64,000 nucleotides of DNA from assembly GCA_043818675.1 (NCBI GenBank), contig JBDRFR010000069.1:14877-78876 (forward strand), in the 5' to 3' direction. This DNA comes from Nanobdellota archaeon (GTDB lineage Archaea; Nanobdellota; Nanobdellia; Woesearchaeales; DATDXC01). This document shows, piece by piece, positions 1-7,518 of this stretch. The position numbers were made by a program, and so were the translations under genes. Every line of letters starts with the position of its first letter. The stretch's first letter is position 1. The notes beneath the pieces were generated by a model. It was not told the origin of the DNA. It worked only from the letters and a program-made list of their open reading frames with translations, and did not search any database.

Positions 1-1678
1 AAATAGGATAAAGCTACTCTGGACATGAATTTATCTAAGTAGTTGTAAGCAAAAGAGGGGGCAAAAGTCTCACAGATTCCGTAAGTTATCGCTCCCATAA
101 AAAAACCTGCAAATCCAAGACCAGCTCCACCTAGTATTGTAGCCACATATGCAGACTCTTCAACCTTTTCTTTATCAAAATCTTTAAGTTTTGGGATTTT
201 GCTAAATATTGTAGATATTAATTTCCCATAACACTTATCGACCGCGCTGTAGACTGCTCTAATCCTTAATATAGGTTCAAATGACCTGAACCTTTGACTG
301 CTGAACTGGTCTATTTTTGTAAAATTATTTGCTATCCATGTTTCGTTCAATGAACCATCTTTATTGAATAACGTTGACTTGATAAATTCCCTATAATCTG
401 TAATTCTTGATTCAAGCGAGAAGGTTTTAAGGTCAGGTGATCTGCCTTGTGAAAGTAACCTGCTTTTATGCTCTGCATACATCAACACATATTTTAAAAC
501 TGGATCGTCAGTTACAATGTCCCTGCTAAGAATTGTATCAAGTTCATTGCAGTTTATTGCACCTTTATAACCAATACTCTTAACAGACTTTAGCCGGATC
601 CGGTGAGAAAGCAAATCAAGCCTGCCGTAATCCGCCTTTGTCAGATAACCTTCAACTTTTTCTTCCTTAAAACACACTGTATCAGGGATTTCAGGGTTCA
701 ATGGCTTGTTGATTTTTTCTGTCCGGGCGCCGTCCAAATGCAGATAGATTGGTGTTTCAACATAACAACAGTCCTCTTTTAAAATTCTTACAACCCTGTC
801 AAAATCCACTTCAGAATCAGCTGAAAGGTTAATCTCGGTTGTAGTACCTGGTACGGTTCTCTGCGAGGCTGTAAAACCCTCTCTGTAAAGGTTTTTGTCG
901 ACGCTTGTCCTACCACCCAACCCATCTTCAGTCAGGCTGTCAAGTGTGACTGATTCATGGCCTAATGCGTAGCAGCTGCCTACACCTGCTCCGAATTTAC
1001 CTGCTGCATGAGCCAAAAACCGATTTAGCGACTCACCAAAATTAAAATATACCTTTTCCATCACTTCCGGAGTCATACCGCATCCGTTATCGGCAACTCT
1101 AATGATCCTATTTTCTCTGTCCAGGTAAACATCAATCCTATGCTTAGCAGGGTCTGATGCAGCTGCTGCAGAATTTTGTATCAATTCCCGTATGAAGTAT
1201 TCAATATGTTCAAATTGACCGGTTATTATCCTTTTAATGAATTCCAAAAGCTGAACTGTATCTGAAACACCATCTGCATTAAATGTTTCAGCCAGTTGAG
1301 AAAGTCTTGACTGATTATCAAACCTTCTTACTGATTCCTGCTCAATTGCTGCTTCTAAGTTTCTTAGTTGTGTTTCATATCTGCTCTTAAAACCATTGCT
1401 TGCATAAATATGAGCCAGTGCGTTTCCAAGTTTTTTCCCAGGTAAAATATATCCTTCAATTTGTTCTCCATCAATCTGAAACTTACCATAAGAATAATAT
1501 CTTTTAAGAACATCCGGAAGATGGGCCACTAATAATTGCGTTTGCGGATATCTTTCTTTTAAATCTTCAGCAACTTCAAGATTCTTAACTACAGCTAAAG
1601 AAGGAAGGTCAATATTATGAAGTACTTCTTTTCCTCTAAATTCATTCTTCAAAATAGTATACAGCCTTGAAAGTACCA
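1..1678 (-). CDS. GHKL/Bergerat-fold ATPase (HATPase_c-like), partial; the C-terminal end runs off the left edge
   Basis: Absent from the ORF track because it has no in-window stop. My own reverse-strand translation from ATG (1678-1676) stays open to position 1: MVLSRLYTILKNEFRGKEVL... It has an N-box YFIRELIQNSAAAA (approx 1160-1200) and a G1 box IIRVADNGCGMTPEVMEKVYFNFGES (approx 1040-1110). A Gly-rich hydrophobic segment ATILGGAGLGFAGFFMGAITYG lies at approx 65-145. Confidence 0.6.
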
Positions 1679-1808
1679 TATTATGTTAAGATAAAAGGTA
1701 CTATTTATAAATCTTTCGATTTTGTTACCACCTCATAATGATTACAAAATAGGACATTATCAGACAAACTAATCTAATTTAAATATGATAAATTAATTCC
1801 TGATTATA

Positions 1809-2078
1809 ATGAGCCAATGGTATAGAATAACCTCAAATTATAGCGGGCCAGTAAATGGCGATGCAGGATTTAGACTAATCTATGAACAAAATCCGCTTGA
1901 AGCAATAGCTAAAGCTAGAAAGCTGCATATTGTACATCAGCATGAAAATAGAAAGGTAGGTGCACATCCGTTGACTGCATCAGAAGCAGCCAGTTTAGAG
2001 TGCCTGATCAAAATATCTGGCTATTCTATCAGAAAAGCACGACAAAGTGGATATACCATTAATCCGATTAAAAGATAA
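1809..2078 (+). CDS. hypothetical small protein (89 aa)
   Basis: ORF-track ORF in an otherwise ORF-free interval, divergent from the GHKL gene. No motif recognised. Confidence 0.35.
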   Translation: MSQWYRITSNYSGPVNGDAGFRLIYEQNPLEAIAKARKLHIVHQHENRKVGAHPLTASEAASLECLIKISGYSIRKARQSGYTINPIKR

Positions 2079-2481
2079 TAATTGATTATTTTTACAATAA
2101 CTTTGAACCAGGGATTATTTTAAGTCTCAAGCTCAAGTTAGGGGTTAAAAATTCGATTGATTAACATTCGTTCTGAAATATTGATAATTCCATTAAAGAT
2201 ACAAGAGTGTTTGTTTGCCTAAAGATAACTCAGGAATTGAAAGTTTCTAGTGAAATTTCCAATAAAAAAGATTCCATACTATCCCTTAAAAAATTTCCAA
2301 CTAAGTGAGGATGAATTAACCCACTAAATTTCTTTTAAGATATGCAATAACCAAATACTATCCATTTCTCAGAATTACCTTTAAAAAACCAAAAACTTTA
2401 TAAATAAGTAGAATAATTTATACTAGTAATAATAACAATATAAATAATATTAACAATATAAGTTATTTAGGTTATATTTAT

Positions 2482-2700
2482 ATGTTAACAGAAAAGGAAA
2501 TAGAAGTATTAAAACTTAGAAAAAAGGGTTTAAAGCAGACAGATATAGCCAAAAGCCTCTCGATTTCTCAGCCTGCTGTCTCTGCTTTTGAGCGCAGTAT
2601 TTCACGCAAGATAAAGTCTTCAATAAGAATCATCTATTTTCTAAAAGAGGAAAAAATCGATCCGGTAAAATATTCTAAACGAGTCAAAAATGTTTACTGA
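2482..2700 (+). CDS. small Tfx/LuxR-type HTH DNA-binding protein (72 aa)
   Basis: LTEKEIEVLKLRKKGLKQTDIAKSLSISQPAVSAFERSISRKI matches the archaeal Tfx N-terminal / sigma-70 region-4-like HTH pattern. It is a tandem paralogue of the next gene. Confidence 0.7.
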   Translation: MLTEKEIEVLKLRKKGLKQTDIAKSLSISQPAVSAFERSISRKIKSSIRIIYFLKEEKIDPVKYSKRVKNVY

Positions 2701-2881
2701 TAAAGAGATACAAGTGCTAAAGCTAAGAAAAAAAGGGTTAAAACAGATAGAGATAGCAAAAGCGCTGAATATTTCCCAGCCTGCTATATCATCTTTTGAA
2801 CAAAACATTGCCCGCAAGATAAGATCTTCAGTTGAGGTATTAGGATTAGTCAAAGAGCTGGGCATTGATATTGAAAAATGA
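2690..2881 (+). CDS. small Tfx/LuxR-type HTH DNA-binding protein (63 aa), tandem paralogue
   Basis: FTDKEIQVLKLRKKGLKQIEIAKALNISQPAISSFEQNIARKI. It overlaps the upstream paralogue by 11 nt, and its stop overlaps the next start (ATGA at 2878-2881). Confidence 0.7.
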   Translation: MFTDKEIQVLKLRKKGLKQIEIAKALNISQPAISSFEQNIARKIRSSVEVLGLVKELGIDIEK

Positions 2882-5133
2882 ATAAACCTAGAAAACACAA
2901 AAGCGATGTAATATTTCTGCTAATTGCACTAATAGCTTTGATTGTCATAGGCCTGTATATAGGCCCTGCTTATACAGGCTATGTTACATCAGTCAAGACT
3001 TTCACTTATACAGACTCGCTTGGTATTGAAACAAACAAAAGCATTGACAGGTTATGGATCGTCAATAACGCAACTGAAATGAATTCAGTTAGTCTAAGCG
3101 GCAGTGTTTCACTAGAAGGCACTGCTAAAGTATATATTGAATCAGACAGCATATCTTATCTGATTTTTGACTCTGAACTGGTAAAAGAAACCCAGGGCTT
3201 ATCAGCTATTACAACCATTATACCTTTTGAATCAAGCAATGTAAATCTAGAGTACTGTCCTGGCTCTGTATACGATTCAGACAATGACGGTGTTGAAAAT
3301 ACAAACGCGATTATTGACTTCACAGTAAACCAAAGCGGCTTTTCACTAAATAGAAATAATCTATGCACCAGATGGTCTGTCTTAAGCTTAGACAACGGCA
3401 CAAAAACAACTGTTTGTTACGGCGACAGGCTGTGCTGCAATTTCATCGGTCTTGTTCCTTCTGCAGCATCATGGGATAATGTATTCTACCTGAATTATGG
3501 CGCATATAGTTCAACTTACAATAATATTGTAAGTGCCCAGATAATCTCTGTCGACTACAATTTAAGTTTAGATAACCCTTATACAAACATTAGTTATTCA
3601 GATTCTGAAAATTTGTCAGCATCATTTATCCCTGCCAGCGTATCTTTTAACGATATTTGCATAGAAACCTGCTCAGTGAATTTCAACGGATCTATGTATA
3701 ATCTGATTATTGAAGCAGACGGAGCCAGTATAAATCTTGATACAATAAGTTATACCTCCTTAAAAGAGATACCCAACACTGCCCCTGTCTTTGACCATAT
3801 CCCATCATTTAAGATTGATAAAGAGCTAAAGATCAATTTATCCGATTACGCGTCTGACCTGGACAACGACACATTAGATTTTATTGCCTCTCCTGCTGAT
3901 AATCTGTCAATCCGCATTTCAGGGAGTATAGCATCCATTATGCCTGATACATCGTTTATCGGCAAGAGATATATCTACTTTGTAGCAAATGATACTATTG
4001 ATATTGCAGTTTCCAACACAATTGAGATTAACGTTGGAAGGGATGTAGTTGTCAACAAGTCAGAATCAATTAAGCAAGGTGTAGCTGTTATCGGTAAGCC
4101 AGTAAGATGGGTAAAAAGCATCAAGCTTAACGATTCAGTCTATAATATCAGCGTCAACATATCTGATGATGCTATTAATTTTTCTGTTAAGAACGTAAGG
4201 TATGGCTTATCTGAGAGTATTAACTCAAGCAGCATAAAAGTCATCGATAATGGAAAAGAAAAGAACGTAACAGAATACATTAACGATAAAAAAGTAGAGA
4301 TCCTTGAAAAAAAGATCCAGAAATTAGAAGACGCAAAAAAATACAAAACCAAAAAAGAACTTACAGAGATAAACCAAAGATTAACCGACTATAAAAATGA
4401 AAAGAATAAGATAACTGGATATGCAGTCAGTCAACAATATGAAGGTATATTAACCAGGTTATATGATTGGATTTTTAATGTTGGCATAACAGGCAATGTT
4501 GTATTCGAACAAAACCAATCTTCAGCAAACAATACCCAGCTGATCATTGGCGAAGTGGTTGAAGAGTTAGAGATCGAATACTATACAGAAGGTCCGATCG
4601 CAACAGAAATCAATATTTCGCCTGATAAGAAACAGATCATTGTAAGTTCTGATATACACTATGAAAATATCCTGACTTATACCTACCTGCAGCCAGAAGC
4701 AGAAAGAAACGCATTAAAACTCTTCTGGCTTGTAAATGACACTAAAAAACAGGTTAACTTTTCAGCATTTGATACAGACTCAGACGGCTTAATTGACTAT
4801 ATACAATGGATAACGCCAAGCCTTTCTAACCAGACTTATGAATTAGAGATAACAGTATTAAACGTTCAGTCGTATCCGACAGTCGGCGGGAACTGGACTG
4901 TAGAGTTTGAAACTTCTGGCAGCGCAAATCTGACCATTAGTGCTTATTCACAAACAACATTTGCAGAAATTTATGATAATTCATCAACAGAAGATGACCT
5001 GGAATTTTTAGAAGTGAAATGTAATTCTACAATTTTGAATGCTTCTGTTGTTCTAGAAGATGGTACTGTTGTTCCATATGAAGTTTATCTGAAAATTAAA
5101 AGGATCAAAGAGATTGATGAGGTGCTTAGATGA
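2878..5133 (+). CDS. membrane-anchored/secreted surface protein (751 aa), paralogous at its N-domain to the 1342-aa protein
   Basis: N-terminal anchor KSDVIFLLIALIALIVIGLYIG. A Cys-rich conserved domain is shared with 58418-62446. A cadherin/Ig-like segment is present (NTAPVFDHIPSFKIDKELKINLSDYASDLDNDTLDF), plus a coiled-coil stretch KKVEILEKKIQKLEDAKKYKTKKELTEINQRL. Many N-x-S/T sequons. Confidence 0.75.
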   Translation: MNKPRKHKSDVIFLLIALIALIVIGLYIGPAYTGYVTSVKTFTYTDSLGIETNKSIDRLWIVNNATEMNSVSLSGSVSLEGTAKVYIESDSISYLIFDSELVKETQGLSAITTIIPFESSNVNLEYCPGSVYDSDNDGVENTNAIIDFTVNQSGFSLNRNNLCTRWSVLSLDNGTKTTVCYGDRLCCNFIGLVPSAASWDNVFYLNYGAYSSTYNNIVSAQIISVDYNLSLDNPYTNISYSDSENLSASFIPASVSFNDICIETCSVNFNGSMYNLIIEADGASINLDTISYTSLKEIPNTAPVFDHIPSFKIDKELKINLSDYASDLDNDTLDFIASPADNLSIRISGSIASIMPDTSFIGKRYIYFVANDTIDIAVSNTIEINVGRDVVVNKSESIKQGVAVIGKPVRWVKSIKLNDSVYNISVNISDDAINFSVKNVRYGLSESINSSSIKVIDNGKEKNVTEYINDKKVEILEKKIQKLEDAKKYKTKKELTEINQRLTDYKNEKNKITGYAVSQQYEGILTRLYDWIFNVGITGNVVFEQNQSSANNTQLIIGEVVEELEIEYYTEGPIATEINISPDKKQIIVSSDIHYENILTYTYLQPEAERNALKLFWLVNDTKKQVNFSAFDTDSDGLIDYIQWITPSLSNQTYELEITVLNVQSYPTVGGNWTVEFETSGSANLTISAYSQTTFAEIYDNSSTEDDLEFLEVKCNSTILNASVVLEDGTVVPYEVYLKIKRIKEIDEVLR
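3253..3630 (+). other. conserved Cys-rich domain (copy 1 of 2 in window)
   Basis: DSDNDGVENTNAIIDFTV...LCTRWSVLSLDNGTKTTVCYGDRLCCNFIGLVPSAASWDNVFYLNYGAYSSTYNNIVSAQIISVDY aligns by eye with DNNSDGVEGDKSVIDFTV...LCTRWEILSVDTNKMTTVCYGNNVCCNFIGLTATKNKWNDIFYLNYGQYDASVNNKVSARVLYVDY of the 1342-aa protein. Confidence 0.7.
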
Positions 5134-5200
5134 GGCAAATACATATAAATTACAATATACAACTTAGTATGTACATATATACAACTATAGGTGAGAGGAT

Positions 5201-5704
5201 ATGATACCCAAAGGAAAAGATGCTCTTGAAAAGGAATATAGCAGGTGTTTAAATAAAAAAACATTTGTAAAAATCAGTAATGCAAGTTATATAGATTATC
5301 TAGATGAAGCATACTTTGATTTAAATTCTGCAGAGAAGGATACAGATGAAAAATGGGCTATAACTAAAGCATATCAAGCTTTGTTTTTGACTTGTAACGC
5401 ATTATTAGTCCGAAAGCTTGGATACTATTCAAAGGATCATAGTTGCGTTATTATTTCTTTAATGAGAAATAATATTATTTCTGAAAATACCCTTGAAAAA
5501 ATTAAGGATATGCTAAATGAAAAAAGAAAATTATTTTCAGAACTGCAAAGTAAAAATAATTTATTTGATGAAATATCAAATATTAGGATTACAAGGAATA
5601 AATATCTGTACCTTCCAAAGACTCAGAGAAGGTTAAAGAGTTCTGTAAAAGGAATAATTGAGGAAGTAAAGGAATTGATCAAAATTCTGGGTGATATAGA
5701 ATGA
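5201..5704 (+). CDS. HEPN-domain protein (167 aa)
   Basis: HEPN-like helices YIDYLDEAYFDLNSAEKDTDEKWAITKAYQALFLTCNALLVRKLGYYSKDHSCVI and an R-N-x-x-x-Y motif (IRITRNKYLY). SD GGTGAGAGG lies upstream. The stop overlaps the start of the adjacent nucleotidyltransferase gene (ATGA 5701-5704). Confidence 0.55.
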   Translation: MIPKGKDALEKEYSRCLNKKTFVKISNASYIDYLDEAYFDLNSAEKDTDEKWAITKAYQALFLTCNALLVRKLGYYSKDHSCVIISLMRNNIISENTLEKIKDMLNEKRKLFSELQSKNNLFDEISNIRITRNKYLYLPKTQRRLKSSVKGIIEEVKELIKILGDIE

Positions 5705-6303
5705 TCAGTGAAATACTGCCGCTTACCAAAAATAAACTTGAGATTTTTAAATATATTTACGAGAAAAAAGGGTCTCATCTTTTGGATATATCAAAAAATC
5801 TAAAAATACACCCTTATAGTGTTCAAAAGACCTTAAAGTCTATTAAGAAATTGTTTGTCGAGAAAAAAGCAGGAAGGACAATTATTTTGTCACTTGATAA
5901 GAACCTTCCAGGTTATTTTGAACTTCTTTATCTAATTGAGGACTATAAGCTTACAATTGATAGTAAAGATTTGAAAATACTGATAAGAAATCTGAAAGAA
6001 TTCTTCTCCAAAGATAAAAATGTGCTAAGTTGTGTTTTGTTTGGGTCATTTGCGCGGAATGTTTCTGGTGAAGATATTGATTTACTATTTTTGGTTAAGA
6101 AGAGATCAGATTATGTTATTGAAAAATGTTCCCAGCTTTCAACATTATTTGGAAAAGAAGTATCTCCTTTAGTCATGTTAGAAAAGGAGTTCAAGTCTGC
6201 TTTACAAAGTAAAGAGCCAACTATTATATCGATATTGGAGCCTTCTCAGCGGCTTTTGGTTGTCGGAAAAGAATACTTTTTGAGGTTTAGTTATGATGGA
6301 TAA
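5701..6303 (+). CDS. wHTH + minimal nucleotidyltransferase (MNT-like) protein (200 aa)
   Basis: NTase signature VLFGSFARNVSGEDIDLLFLV (GS...D-x-D) preceded by a winged-helix-like N-terminus (LEIFKYIYEKKGSHLLDISKNLKIHPYSVQKTLKSI). It is paired with the HEPN gene. Confidence 0.65.
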   Translation: MISEILPLTKNKLEIFKYIYEKKGSHLLDISKNLKIHPYSVQKTLKSIKKLFVEKKAGRTIILSLDKNLPGYFELLYLIEDYKLTIDSKDLKILIRNLKEFFSKDKNVLSCVLFGSFARNVSGEDIDLLFLVKKRSDYVIEKCSQLSTLFGKEVSPLVMLEKEFKSALQSKEPTIISILEPSQRLLVVGKEYFLRFSYDG

Positions 6304-7225
6304 GATAAACTGTAAATGTTGTGCAGGCGAAAATATTGTAAAGAGAGGATTAAGAAGGTTAAAAAAGAGTACTAAGCAGGTTTATTTCTGCAAAGATTGT
6401 AATCATAGATTCTCCTTAGGGCTAAGTAAGAAAAAATTTGATATTAAGGTAATTTTGACTGCAGTTTCTGCTTATGCTCAAGGATATAACTATTCTGAAG
6501 TTTATGACTTGATATCAAGAAAAAGTAAAGTTATTGTTTCAAAAAGTTCTGTTGAGAGGTGGGTCAAAGAGTTTGATCTGGGTTATTTTGCTATTAGAGA
6601 GAGGATTGTTAAAAAGTATGGTTCAGATTTATTTATCCAAAAGATGTTTAAGCATTCTGGTTTAGTTTATAATTTCAAATTTCATAAAGGAAAATTAAAT
6701 GAGTTTGGCAAATTTGATGGGCTGAAAAAGTTTATTGTTTCTGTTGGGAAAGGAATTGATGATAAATTGTTTAATTCTTCTGCCAATAGATGTTCTCAGA
6801 CTAAAACAGATGTTTCTGTTGATGTTAAGGTTTATGTGAGTAAATTGAATAAAGTTGTTGGAGATGCTTTAAAAGTTGTTAGAAGTAATAAACAAAGGCA
6901 TTCTGTTGTTGAAAAGCTGATGCTGCATTGTGATAGAGATACTGTTGCAGTTGAAGTTCCTGTTTGGTACTGGGATAAGAAAAAAAATATTTCTGTTTGT
7001 GGACATATTGATATTTTACAGGTTAAGTTTGGGAAGGTTTGGATTTTTGATTATAAGCCAAATGCTGGATCTGAGAATTATGATTCTGTTGTTTCGCAGT
7101 TGTTTAATTATGCTCTTGGAATTTCGTTTAGGTCAGGTGTTAAGTTATCGGAAATCAAATGCGGTTGGTTTGATGAAGTTAAGATGTACGTTTTTGATTC
7201 AGATAAGGTGAGGATTCATGGTTAA
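6293..7225 (+). CDS. Zn-ribbon + PD-(D/E)xK (RecB/Cas4-like fold) nuclease (310 aa)
   Basis: N-terminal CKCC...CKDC zinc ribbon. C-terminal nuclease motifs appear in the canonical order: VEVPV (E), CGHIDIL (D), IFDYKP (D-x-K), SQLFNYALG (Q-x-x-x-Y). Confidence 0.55.
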   Translation: MMDKINCKCCAGENIVKRGLRRLKKSTKQVYFCKDCNHRFSLGLSKKKFDIKVILTAVSAYAQGYNYSEVYDLISRKSKVIVSKSSVERWVKEFDLGYFAIRERIVKKYGSDLFIQKMFKHSGLVYNFKFHKGKLNEFGKFDGLKKFIVSVGKGIDDKLFNSSANRCSQTKTDVSVDVKVYVSKLNKVVGDALKVVRSNKQRHSVVEKLMLHCDRDTVAVEVPVWYWDKKKNISVCGHIDILQVKFGKVWIFDYKPNAGSENYDSVVSQLFNYALGISFRSGVKLSEIKCGWFDEVKMYVFDSDKVRIHG

Positions 7226-7518
7226 GGAAATTAAAATGAGTAGTAGGCCCGTCTATCCTACTGACCGTATCAAAGGCACGGGGTTCGTCAGGACCTGTTC
7301 CTCAATGAGTAATAAGATTATGGGGCATATAAAATTTTTGGAAAAAATGGATGGATTTAATGTAAACTGTTTAAAGAAAATTATGCCACGATTCTGGGAA
7401 AAAAATGTCTCTATGATGGGAACTAAAATAGGTCTCGATATTGGGAAAAGTTTTGGATTTTTTGAATTGGTTTTAGAGTTTATTAAGGTTGGATTAAGTT
7501 TATTTTGCATAAAAGAGG

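Noticed and set aside
6293-7225. The N-terminal CxxC...CxxC ribbon resembles IS1-type InsA or transposase zinc fingers, suggesting an IS element.
   Set aside because: No DDE or HUH transposase motifs and no terminal inverted repeats or target duplications seen. The C-terminus fits a PD-(D/E)xK nuclease instead.
7240-7310. Locally GC-richer patch (gtaggcccgtctatcctac...ggcacggggttcgtcaggacc) that looked like a possible tRNA or attachment-site fragment.
   Set aside because: I could fold only short hairpins (GTAGG/CCTAC). No acceptor, D, anticodon or T-arm cloverleaf and no GTTCRANYC T-loop with a complementary stem are present. Not supportable as a tRNA.
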